Shown piece after piece: positions 24,201 through 35,407 of a stretch of 61,811 nucleotides of DNA. The stretch is from Acanthaster planci (lineage: Eukaryota). A program made the position numbers and the translations under genes. The notes beneath the pieces were generated by a model. It worked only from the letters and a program-made list of their open reading frames with translations. It was not told the DNA's origin and made no database searches. The stretch's first letter is position 1. Every line of letters begins with the position of its first letter. Location: positions 1,272,529-1,334,339 of the forward strand of contig NW_019091360.1 in assembly GCF_001949145.1 (NCBI RefSeq), in the 5' to 3' direction.

Positions 24201-25135
24201 TTTGAGTTATTTGCAACCTCTTTTTTAGTTTAGTAGACAGTGCAGAAAACAAGGTTGAGCAACAGTAATCAAAATAGCATGTTATGGGAGCAGAACATGA
24301 TAATTGACGAGATCGCTCATTTAAACAATTTGCATATCTGTATAAAAAACTTAATCTTGCACTAGCCTTTTTGATGACAGACATCCTTTTGATGACATAC
24401 TCCTCAGGGTGTGATCAAGTGTTCACCACAAACAGTGGCAGTTTCCAAAGCCCAGGCTACCCGAACAAATACCGCAACAGGGAGCGATGCACCTACCAAA
24501 TCATTGTGGACCCCGGCTATCGGGTGGAGGTGGTCTTTAACCGTCTCTATCTGCAGGGGGAAGAACCCTCCTGCCTCTCAGATCAACTGGAGGTAAGAAG
24601 CCTGACCTTTTCTAGTGGTAGCGCTGCATAGCTGCTTCGTGATTCCTTTGAGCTTTTGCCGAATTGAAGGGGCCTGTAATGTAAAGTTTACTTGGAAACA
24701 TGTTTGTGTGAGTCCGTACTTTGAAACTGAGAAAAATCTGGCATGTCTTTCTTGTTACTTTCACTGACCGAAACCCGAAATGTCCTTAAATGGGCTCTAA
24801 CAACCATTAGAAATCAGACCAAACAGGATGCAGGGGAGAATTCATAAGAACTTCGCCCCAAATTGCATCGCCTGGGCCCTTTAATGCACGAGTGCATTCT
24901 TCCTGCTTCCCAGGTGCGAGAGCCGATATTGGGCACGAGCACGACTTACTGTGGCCGCCACAAGCCACCGTTCACCATCAACTCCAGGACCAACTACCTC
25001 GTGCTCAGGTTCGTCTCTGACGACTCGAATAATTACAAGGGATTCACCGCTAAGTTCAATGCTGTTGAGGTGCCAGAGGGTGAAAAGGAAGACTTCACGG
25101 TCGACAGTGGGTTAGATCTTCCCCTTGCTTTTTAA
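18119..25135 (+). CDS. Secreted protein of about 402 aa: signal peptide, EGFR/ErbB domain-II furin-like Cys-rich module, divergent CUB, canonical CUB
   Basis: Exons 18119-18206, 18968-19080, 19671-19815, 20452-20553, 22027-22203, 22916-23092, 24408-24592 and 24914-25135 join through AG/GT sites with phases 1,0,1,1,1,1,0 into a 1209-nt open frame. The 3' end is less certain: a possible donor at 25080 could extend the gene, but no downstream exon was found. Confidence 0.85.
18968..19080 (+). CDS. EGFR-II/CUB gene exon 2 (GCHEQCTNGCFGPGAEECCHEQCAPDDGCTDSTDMGCT)
   Basis: gtcag acceptor, gtgaat donor; CCHxQCA motif of ErbB/insulin-receptor Cys-rich region. Confidence 0.9.
19671..19815 (+). CDS. 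EGFR-II/CUB gene exon 3 (DCLNVRLDGRCRTDCGPAFIYNEVTFELEPNPDFKFQHGYQCVEKCPK)
   Basis: tttag acceptor, gtaag donor; contains the ErbB dimerization-arm pattern; absent from the ORF track. Confidence 0.9.
20272..20349. repeat. Degenerate trinucleotide microsatellite (ACG/ACA/ATA)
   Basis: acaacgacgac...acgacgacgacga...aataataatagtaataat. Confidence 0.75.
20452..20553 (+). CDS. EGFR-II/CUB gene exon 4 (FAFTEHFSCLEVCGKGYRAEGDQCVRCGGACPVR)
   Basis: caaag acceptor, gtacgt donor; end of the domain-II Cys pattern C-x3-C...C-x2-C-x3-C. Confidence 0.85.
20945..21211 (+). repeat. Dispersed repeat, copy 1 (copy 2 at 44120-44379)
   Basis: Colinear blocks gatttgttgttcgtgggtcggcc, acaaccggttatcgctggta, gttcttcga..ttaatgtttggataac, ctgaattct, cacgagtttt shared with 44120-44379. 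Confidence 0.8.
22027..22203 (+). CDS. EGFR-II/CUB gene exon 5, first half of divergent CUB
   Basis: tacag acceptor, gtaagt donor; CDG...WGVI...NVTCTQVLIGQPGSKLKAKLMDVSI follows the CUB strand pattern. Confidence 0.8.
22916..23092 (+). CDS. EGFR-II/CUB gene exon 6, second half of divergent CUB
   Basis: ggcag acceptor, gtaggc donor; SNVLIVQH...GNGYMLAY resembles the CUB SNxLxVxF...GFxxxY ending. Confidence 0.8.
23561..24372 (-). mobile_element. 5'-truncated LINE (CR1/L2-group, Crack/Daphne-like): ORF2 C-terminus, 3' UTR and (AAAT)-like tail
   Basis: Minus ORF KKASARLSFLYR...YFDYCCS...LQITQNKIVRFIL...HSYSSR...TFFYTGVHFWNLLPNEVK; simple-repeat tail appears as tttatttgtttatgtatttatt on the + strand. 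Confidence 0.85.
24408..24592 (+). CDS. EGFR-II/CUB gene exon 7, first half of CUB
   Basis: GCDQVFTTNSGSFQSPGYPNKYRNRERCTYQIIVDPGYRVEVVF...CLSDQLE; ctcag acceptor, gtaaga donor. Confidence 0.93.
24914..25135 (+). CDS. EGFR-II/CUB gene exon 8, second half of CUB and probable C-terminus
   Basis: YCGRHKPPFTINSRTNYLVLRFVSDDSNNYKGFTAKF; cccag acceptor; TAA at 25133-25135. Confidence 0.88.
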   Translation: MREPILGTSTTYCGRHKPPFTINSRTNYLVLRFVSDDSNNYKGFTAKFNAVEVPEGEKEDFTVDSGLDLPLAF

Positions 25136-26171
25136 GAAAAGCCAGTTTTGCCAGTTTTGTTGTGTCTATATAGTGGATTTACATAGTCGGATCGGGTGCG
25201 ATTGTGTACACAATACATACAGACCTATTTAGTTGGGAACAGAGAAATAGTGTAGTGTTTCGCTCTTAATTACTCGGAAATTGATAATCGACCTAATCCT
25301 CAAATTTCCAAGAGAAGTTATATCGTGCGGCATGTATCTTATTGTAGACTTTAGTTTGAATAGCTTATACAGGTTACTTTTTATTCGAAGATGATACATG
25401 TAGTTAGCGCAGGGTTATGGAATATGACGTACTTTTTAATAGACTTTTTATCGGAAGAGCTATTTCTAACGATTTCGAACATTTTTGATAATGTTCCCTT
25501 GGATAGAGGATTCTGTCAGCGCTATAGAGCAATTTATTTGCAAGGTGAGGGCCCCAAACACACTGGCAGCCAAATCCAACAACAAAATGACAGGAAAAAA
25601 TGTTGTTTTTCCACGGTACATACCGGTAAAAACAGCCGTCTGCCAAGATGTGTGATATTCGCTCAGGATGCATGATGACCACGTCTGCCAAGTAACTACA
25701 ATATCTACTGTGGGTCAAGTGACCAGACTAGGAGAGTGTCATACTCAGGTTTAATTGCTTGTCTTCATTGGACCATTAATGTCTGGATCGCCAAAAGCAA
25801 AGAAGATGAAATCAAAAGCTTCACCTAGCCGCAGTGTCCTCGTAAAAAACTCATGCATGCCAGTTAGAAATAGGCCTACCACCAGCAGGCATCTTTAAAT
25901 ATCAAACATCAAATATCTGGTATGTGCTGGCACCATTTGTTGGGGCACACATTAATGTGAGTGTACACTGGCGTACGACGTATAATTTTTTCTGACCCGT
26001 ACATTAAAGATAAGGCAGCTTTAAAAGCAACATATTCCAGCGTCTTCAGTACGAAGCTTTTTATGCGCAGTTCTTGCGTCCTTAGTTATGTAAACGTGCT
26101 AGTCATGAGAAACCATTGTGTTTGTTTCCATCTGTTGAAGATCAAACAACATCAGAAACTATGTTGTGACA

Positions 26172-26358
26172 CACTCTAAAACTCCTGGGTCAGAGTGACC
26201 TAGAATTGGGTCCCATTCGGCGTGACCCTTTTCCGGGTCAAATTATGACCCAGAAAGGGTCAAATACGAACCGCAAAGGGGTCATTTTTTGACCCAGAAA
26301 AGGGTCACGCCGGATGGGACCCAATTCTGGGTCAATCTGACGGGAGGGGGTTAGAGTG
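26172..26358. mobile_element. Palindromic MITE with CACT-type (CMC/EnSpm-like) ends
   Basis: CACTCTAA...TTAGAGTG termini; almost fully self-complementary; repeated tgaccc/gggtca motifs. Confidence 0.7.
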
Positions 26359-28015
26359 TAGTTACATTAAAAATTAGGGTTATTCTTGAAACTATAGGTA
26401 GCGCAAATAAACGTTAGACAGATTTAACATTATTTCGTTGCTTGAACTCTTTCTCTGAAATGGGAATCACCTTAACCGTAAATGAAATGGCGGTGGATTC
26501 CATCCCCTCGTAAATTATTTTGTTTTCTGATATCGCCAAAGTGCATTTTTTTCTCAAGCTGAGCCTTCAGAGGTTTTTCGGTAACTCGTTGCGATCATTT
26601 TGACCCCAAATTTGTGAAAATCAAACCTACGGTTTTCGCTCAGAGCCAAGTTTCCAAAGACGGTCTATCCAAAAATGTGTCCTTTTCCACCGCCATTCCC
26701 AATGCACGCCAGATTGTTGAAACTTCACATTACTTTACACTGTCAGTGTCTTAAATAACTTGCATCCAAAGTTTTAGAAACAAATCAAGCATGGGAAAGC
26801 GAAGTTCTCAGGCACCCCCGCCCCAACTCCTTTACGGTTAATGTAACGCCTTCTTTGGTTGAGATTCGTTATGTCAGTGAATCCACACTGGTGTCCAAAG
26901 TTCGACGAAAGATATCTTGATGTCAGTGCGTTGTATATATCTTAATGTTAGTACTTTACTTGCTTTGGAGAACAACTATCCAGTACTATTTTGTTTGCAA
27001 TGCCTTCACTGAAACCTTGTCTACGGATCAATAATCAGAAATATCAGTTTCTTGCTAAGAGGCTGATCACAGCAAATTTTTACCACAGTTTCACTAGGTG
27101 CCCCGGCCATCGTTAACGGATCTGTTTTCCCCCAAAGAGCGTTTTTTGAATTGCAAAGACAGGTGGCTGACGGCGTAATGTGACCGATAAACTAGAGTGC
27201 TTTCAGTTCAACGACCATTAGTAAGCTGCTAATTTCTCAATCGTCAAATCATCACTCCCTCTGGCGCTGCCAGAAAAATCAGCGTGAACAGCGCACGAAT
27301 TATTTCAGTTGACCTATATTACTTGGCCGTCTGTGTGCAACTTTTATGAGGAAAGTCCATTAGATAGTCATTTTATACCGAAGGAAACCATTTTACCTCA
27401 CAGCTGGGGTATTGTCTCTCGAGCTATTAGTCAAATGACCTCAATGGCGTTTGCAGACATCTGCAATAAATTCAAGGAAAAGACCGCCTCCTATTGCAAG
27501 GAGACTAGACCAAATGAAGCCAGAAGTATAAAAGAGGCTTGATCTTTTTAAAGCAGAAATAGGCCTACAGCGTCATTAGAATTAACAGGGACGCATTGAC
27601 CTGTGTGGGTTTGAGTCCAACGAATCTGATGTTCTGCACAGCCTAACAAAGTCGGTATCGAATTACGCTGAAATATGGAAGTGAGAATCGAGAACTGGCC
27701 CAACAGCTTTTTACAGGACGATTTCAGAAGTTGTAACGTTTGCTCTCGCGAGATTGCTTCCTACTCACGTCCACAGAGTAATTGTGTTTTGAAGGCAGAG
27801 TCACACGTGAAGCGCAATATCCATCATCGTCAACTGGACGTCCGAGGCCAAGTTTTCTGAGAACTTATTATGTCAACTCCCTTGAGTCCGGTCCCTTTCC
27901 AATCAAAGAAGATGTAAACAACTTCATGGAAGAAATATTACTCTGACAGAAGTGATCGACATGCTGAATTGACTTATGTAGTTGGTGTTATGCATACTCG
28001 TCAATACACAGAATC

Positions 28016-31000
28016 GGTTTTTGACATTTCCCAGAAGACCTTTTTTCCGCTCCTATAGGATCTGTCTACAAGGACAAAAAGAACAAAACAAGTAAAAAAA
28101 AAGCCAAGAAATGTGACTTAATTCTTTAAAAAAATAAGGTTTGAAATAACAGATTTCAGGCATTTTCAAATGAGAAGTTTTGTGGATTACATATTCTTTT
28201 GCAGTTACGTCGTTCATTTTAAGTGATCGTTCACTAATTGTGGTTGGTTTGGTGAGTATTTCCGCGGATTCTATCAGGCCTAGTGTTTTCATTCAGAAAA
28301 AGTGACGGACGTTTAGGTGAAGTGCACTAATTTAAATTTGTATCATTTCCCCTGATTTCTTTAAGTTTCCATTCAGTTTAGCTCAACTTTTATCTTCAAC
28401 GTATCTACTGCCTGACTTCTTTTATTCCTTATTATATAAGCAAACTCGATAAACGGGTGTCCCTTTTACGTAATGATCTGTTAACCTGGTTTGCTGAGTA
28501 ACTTCAAAGTCCTCTAAAACAATGGGAACACAATTTTGTGTTTTACATTTTAATATTTTAAATTATTATTTACTCCAAATGACCCCCTATACACTTCAAC
28601 AAAATCGTCCAAAAAGTAACAATGATGTCCCAGTTCCATGAGATGATGTGACGTCATACCATATGAGACCGCTGATTGGCCAGAATACACAACCTCAGTG
28701 AGGAATGAATCGCTCGAGTTTGCGAAAACGGCGCTTCGTCGCTCTATCGCGCGAATTTTCTGCTCTCTGTGTCAACAATCCCCAGGATTAACTGTTTGAT
28801 ATTTTTTATCGCTCGAAATATCCGTTAGCCCTCGCTGCGTATACAAATGTAGTTTTCCATTTTCATAATGAACTTCCGCCTAGAGTCAGGATGTTTCTCT
28901 CTGCTGAGCAGTTGGTAAACACGATGACCAGGGACCGTCTCCCGGGATCTGCTCGCTCAGTCGTGGTGCATTTTAGCCCCATGATCTCCATCGACATCCA
29001 ACAACCATGACAACCAAAATGATTTGGTTTACTCACGCCAGGTGAGAGGTGAAGACGTACGTTTTGAATGTCTAAATTCCATGCTTGCAAATCCTGTAAA
29101 CTTGATAAAATTCGAGGGTGCGTGTAATTGCACAATGATGTATTCGCGTCTAGGGTAGGGGGAGTGCAATGAAGTTTTTATATACCAGGCACGAAATGGG
29201 ACAGAGGGCACCCCCCAACAAGTCCAGTCCCTATACACACTCCAGCCTATTCTTACTTAACACATCCCCCTAGATGTCTGAAAAGAATGTTTGAGATACC
29301 AGTATAACAATGACCAATACAAAGGCGGGGGGGGGTCCTCTCTGCCTCATAGTTTGCTTCATATGAGTTTTTGTCCCAAAGTGACTCCGTGAAGTAATCC
29401 CCAACCCCACTCCACCATTCTGGAATGCTGCGTCGGCTCAGTACTAACAGGTCATTTCGGCAAAATACTCTTAGAAGCTTACTGTCAGTATGAAAGAAAT
29501 ATTATATTTAAGCAGACTAGATTTTATACTTCATAAAACTAGTGTTTGGAGGGCAATATATATAAATGTCAACCAACGTTCTTGCTCAAATTCTTTAAAT
29601 AATATTTTTCAATAAAGACCTGTTGTACAATGTTTCAATAAGGACCTGTTGTACAATATTTCAATAAGGANTGGTTTTTGACATTTCCCAGAAGACCTTT
29701 TTTCCGCTCGTATAGGATCTGTCTACAAGGACAAAAAGAACAAAATAAGTAAAAAAAAAAGACAAGAAATGTGACTTAATTCTTTAAAAAAATAAGGTTT
29801 GAAATAACAGATTTCAGGCATTTCCGAATGAGAAGTTTTGTGGATTACATATTCTTTTGCAGTTACGTCGTTCATTTTAAGTGATCGTTCACTAATTGTG
29901 GTTGGTTTGGTGAGTATTTCCGCGGATTCTATCAGGCCTAGTCGTTGTTTTCATTCAGAAAAAGTGACGGACGTTTAGGTGAAGTGCAGTAATTTAAATT
30001 TGTATCATTTGCCCTGATTTCTTTAAGTTTCCATTCAGTTTAGCTCAACTTTTATCTTCAACGTATCTACTGCCTGACTTCTTTTATTCCTTATTATATA
30101 AGCAAACTCAATAAACGGGCGTCCCTTTTACGTAATAATCTGTTAACCTGGTATGCTGAGTAACTTCAAAGTCCTCTAAGACAATGGGAACACAATTTTG
30201 TGTTTTACATTTTAATATTTTAAATTACAATTTACTCCAAGTGACCCCCTATACACTTCAAGAAAATCGTCCAAAAAGTAACTATGATGTCCCAGTTCCA
30301 TGAGATGATGTGACGTCATACCATATGAGACCGCTGATTGGCCAGAATTCAGAACCTCAGTGAGGAATGAATCTTTGAAAAAATCGTTCAAGTTTGCGAA
30401 AACAGCGCTTCGTCGCTCTATCGCGCGAATTTTCTGCTCTCTGTGTCAACAATCCCCAGTACTAACTGTTTGATACCTTTTATCGCTCGAAATATCCGTT
30501 AGCCCTCGCTGTATATACAAATGTAGTTTCCCATTTTCACAATAAACTTCCGCCTAGAGTCAGGATGTTTCTCTCTGCTGAGCAGCTGGTAAACACGATG
30601 ACCAGGGACCGTCTCCCGGGATCTGCTCGCTCAGTCGTGATGCATTTTAGCCCCATGATCTCCGTCGACATCCAACAACCATGACAACCAAAATGATTCG
30701 GTTTACTCACGCCAGGGGAGAGGTGAAGATGTACGTTTTGAATGTCTAAATTCCATGCTTGCAAATCCTGTAAACTTGATAAAATTCGATGGTGCGTGTA
30801 ATTGCACAATGATGTATTCGCGTCTTGGGTAGGGGGAGTGCAATGAAGTTTTTATATACCAGGCACGAAATGGGACAGAGGGGCACCCCCAACAAGTCTA
30901 GTCCCTATACACACTCCAGCCTATTCTTACTTAACACATCTCCCTAGATGTCTGAAAAGAATGTTTGAGATACCAGTATAACAATGACCAACACAAAGGC

Positions 31001-31330
31001 GGGGGGGGGGGTCCTCTCTGCCTTCATATGAGTTTTTGTCCCAAAGTGACTCCGTGAAGTAATCCCCAACCCCACTCCACCATTCTGGAATGCTGCGTCG
31101 GCTCAGTACTAACAGGTCATTTCGGCAAAATACTCTTAAAAGCTTACTGTCAGTATGAAAGAAATATTATATTTAAGCAGACTAGATTTTATACTTCATA
31201 AAACTAGTGTTTTGAGGGCAATATATATATAAATGTCAACCAACGTTCTTGCTCAAATTCTTTAAATAATATTTTTCAATAAAGACCTGTAGTACAATAT
31301 TTCAATAAGGACCTGTAGTACAATGTTTCG
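28016..31330 (+). repeat. ~1.65-kb tandem duplication (28016-29670 and 29673 to ~31330) joined by a single N
   Basis: Both copies begin ggtttttgacatttcccagaagacc and are colinear with scattered substitutions and indels; N at 29671. Probably two haplotypes assembled in series. Confidence 0.92.
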
Positions 31331-34300
31331 ATAACAATAACAATGACATGGCAGCTGGTGCTTTTTAAGAAAAAAGTCGGGGTGTCAACAAGTGTACAGC
31401 GGAGGGCGTAGTTTGCTGGGGGGGTCAAGTTACTCCCTCTGCCCCCACTGGATACGCCACAGTCCACTTAAAAATCTTTTCCCCGTGTTTTTGGAATCCG
31501 CGCTTGAAATGTTTAACTATTTATAACCACAGGCCGCGCATGGATTTTGGGATGGAGAGTGTGATCGAATCTACAAAGCTTTTAAACAAATCGTTTATTT
31601 TGCACGTTAATTTTGGACCTCGGTCGTTTGAAAATTTAAAGAGTTTGAGATCCAGAGACAGAATAGCCTATGATTGCTCACGAGTGAGGAGCAAAAGAAT
31701 GATTTCTGAGAAGTGGCCTCGAAACCAAGGCGCGATGACGGGCACCGTAGGCACTCTGATTAATGAAAGTATTTTTAAAGACCATTTTGCCACCTGAAAT
31801 TCAATCGTGCCCCCGTGGTCTTTGACAGACGCACTTTGGACGTCCCAAGGCTAGTTGTGTTGGTTCTTAGTGTTTAACACAGTGAATGTAAATTGCTTGA
31901 TGAGATGTGAAGTTTGCATATTCAATCAGAATATTCGGACTGAAAAATATCAGAGTGAAACATTATTTAAGCAAAATTCAAATCAATACGTGATATCTAA
32001 AATATTATATGGAGGAGCATTAGTCTTTAGATACAAACTCTGGAAAGCTTTAATGGGAGGCGTGTTCTGTAATAATGAAATGGTATTTTTTTCTTCGGTT
32101 GCAAATGCGAAATGACTATTAACCGCCTGTTTCCAGTGCTTAACCGTTTGCTAATGATGAGTTCTTGACAAAAATATTAATGAGCCGTGTTCCAAAGATG
32201 ACTCTTAAATCATCTATACCATCGAAGCGTTAGAGAAGCCAACTAATTGCTGGTTCCGTTGCGTTGCACTCAAGAGTACATTTAACCTTTATCGTGTGTT
32301 ACTGTGACGAGTTATATCTCATCAGAAATGGGGAGGGCATGGAAAACTGGTTCGAAGTTAGACAGGGGATGTTGATTGTCAAAAGGTCCTTGAAACTGTC
32401 CGGATCGGAAATGTATGGTTTTTTCTGTCAATTTTTTTGTCAATCACAAAGGACTGAATAATATTGGGAATGGAATAAAAACAAGAAGAAATGAAAGAAC
32501 AACTATTTAATTCACGGAAAATTGAAGCAGAGTTACCCTAACAGGAAGCCACTAACGAGGTTTATACTGTCTTTTCCTTATTCATATATCAACCATTCAG
32601 TGAGTTTTCAGTAGTTGATGCATTTATTTTTCCAGACATTACAGTCGGCGCCGAAAATTAATATTAAACTCATGAATTGTTGAGTTGTGTAACTTCCGTC
32701 AAGATGAAATCATTGGAAACAACGCTTGACAATCCGGCAATTGTTTCCTTGTTATATCAGCAGTGATAGACAGGCATGGGTCAGTGTTCGGGGTCGCCCT
32801 GGTGCGTGCCGTCCGCTTGCGGCAGTCACAATCATCTCGGAGCTGCGTGGTTCCCGTCTCTAGCATAGTATCTCTGTTCCTGTAACAGGCAGCATAAAAA
32901 AACCTCCGAATCGTTTGATATAAATTGGGCTACACAAACACAATGACATCACAGTTTTGCCCATAAATAGTCAAATTTTCATGAGCATAAAAATGTAAAA
33001 GGCACTGCAATTCCCCTTAAAAAAAGTCAGGTTAAATGGGACGAAAAGGAGCAGTTACAAGAACCGCATTAAAACATTACATTGCAATGGTCCTTTAATA
33101 TAAAAAGTGCCAAATTCAATTATAGCCTGGTACCCTACTCCATTCCCTAAAAGCATGTACGTGTTAATAAAATCGTCTTTTCCAGTTCTGTTTAAGATTT
33201 TTCTCTGTAGTGGCCGTAGTGGTTGATAATAATTATATCTATCCAACTGCTTCTTTTGCTTAGTCCAATAAAGCTAACTCTAAAAGTCATTTTGTGTGGA
33301 GTGGCAACCTCCCTTGCAAACGTAGCCCGACAAGACATTTTGGTCTGGCTTGCAAAATGATGTGAGACCTGGTTACTTTTTAAGAGGCGCTATTTTGAAC
33401 TTTCCCAAAGACAAAAAAAGTGAAGAGTAAACGAAGAGCGGAAAATAACGATTTGGCGGCCGTTTTTGCCATCACGAAATCACATGTGCAACAGTATCAC
33501 TTCAGCCCATGTCTCGCCTTTATAGAGAGTGTGACGCCTCAAGACTCCTCTAATAAGCCCCTGACAAATGAGCTTTATTTACGTCGTGTTCCCTGAATTC
33601 ATGCAGTGGGAAGTTACCTGACTTTCGAAAATAATATCCAGTATTTTTAACTACCTCCCATAACACAAAGACGCATAAGTTGCCTCTATATACATCACTA
33701 TCTCCGTTTCTATACAGCCTTTACAATGTTCATTGGTATCGCCTCACTGTCGATTCAAGATTGCCGACTCGTGATTGAAGACCCCAGTACCAGCTCTATT
33801 TGTACGATTAATTGGTAGGTTTTTTATTCCATAAAAATGTAGGGTAAGGTTGAAGTAATAACTCATAAACACGAGACAAACGACATAAAACAAAGAAACA
33901 AACAAGAACCCCAAAACTATTTAAAGTGAGTGATAGTCTAATTTCCAAACGGACCTTCCCAATGCTTCCGTAATTTAAGACTATTCTGTTTGGGGAAACG
34001 ACCACTTAAAAGCTTTTTTTTCGCCTACGCCTCTAACTCAACAGTTGAGATGCCGTTCTCGTTCTCCTTAGGATGCGCTCGGACCGGCTTGTTTCCTATC
34101 AGAAATCTCAATTGGTCCTCGGGGGTCAAGTGTGCCGTCATACTGAATTATTCACCAATCAGGTAACGGCATATGAAAACAAAACGTCTCCACTCCCCCG
34201 TGGGGTTATATATCGGTATGGCAGCAATGTATGATTTATGCAAATTGGACAATGCGGAAGTGGTTCCATTATGGGGTGTTAAATGAGCGCCCTCGAAAGT

Positions 34301-35140
34301 GTGAGATTAAAGTGGAGGACGGATTTAAAAAATAAATCAAGAGAGAGAACTGTTAAAGGATAGTACACATCGTTTTCCCGATCACAGTTCGCGGAGTTAA
34401 ACCTTCCTGGAGTGATTTGTTAGCCGTAATGAACACTGCCTGTACCACCACAGCGACTCCTCCACACGTAACGAAAACATGAAAACATAGGCCTAGCTTA
34501 TCAACTAGGCCTATGCCAGTCAGGGATGAAATCGGAAGAAATAAATATATCTTGGGTTTAGCTTTAACTCGGTGAACCTGAGTGGGAAGGAGGAGGAAAT
34601 GGCGGTCATCCCCCCCCCAAAAAAAGAGCCAAAACTTTTGGTTTTGAAAAGAAATGAGAGACAGACGATTTTTTTGGGTCTTTTCATTTCTCACCCTTCC
34701 AAAAGCGTGCTAAACGACCTCGACAAGAAGCCTCGTCCACCAGAAAGGCAAAACATTTGCCCCTCCCCAATCAAACTGGCCCCCTTAAAAATTTGGGTTC
34801 TGGATCCGCCCTTGGAATTACCACGTCATGGATTAAGCAAACCATAGCAGCCATTTTTACATCTGCATCACCCAAGTCTTTGAGACTTAAAAGTAGTGAA
34901 GATAACCGCCGGAGTTGGCGTGTTTGCCCCACTTCATTTTATTGCGTCGCAATTAGCGGTTGCAGCACTTCCTCCACGCTAAAACCGACGTTCCCCGCGC
35001 ATGGGACAGAAAAAAAAAACCTACTCTCCTTTTAATCAGTTGATATGAATCACGACTCCCCCCCCTACCTGCGCTGTTAACACGCTGCGCAACGAATCCC
35101 TTCATCGCGTCCTGGGCCTTGGAAAAAGGAGAACGAGAGA

Positions 35141-35407
35141 TCACGTGACATCTGGCTCCGACGCTCCGACTCAACCGCCAAGACTGGGTGCGCAAGTCAG
35201 AAGGGCGCAACTTTCTGCTGTAGGCCGCAAAGAGCAAATTGCTCGTCCAGTATCAAGAGGGAATTATCGAGATACTTGACGTTTTCTTCCGTCTGACAGT
35301 ACGCTGCGTTGATTCTGTCCATCACGACAAGTGACTGAGTTTCTCTACCTGGCTCACGCCGACTGACGCTTTCTGATCTCCGCCAAAGCAAACTAAAACC
35401 GGTAGGT
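35141..35407 (+). promoter_or_regulatory. Candidate promoter and non-coding first exon, possibly of the 47745 precursor gene
   Basis: CpG-rich patch, palindromic E-box TCACGTGA at 35141-35148, donor-like accg/gtaggt at 35401/35402. The exon at 47732 needs an upstream exon; the link is inferred. Confidence 0.3.

Noticed and set aside
28863..30809. Two near-identical 90-aa minus-strand ORFs as tandem paralogs
   Set aside because: They result from the probable assembly duplication; no recognisable domain or supported exon structure.
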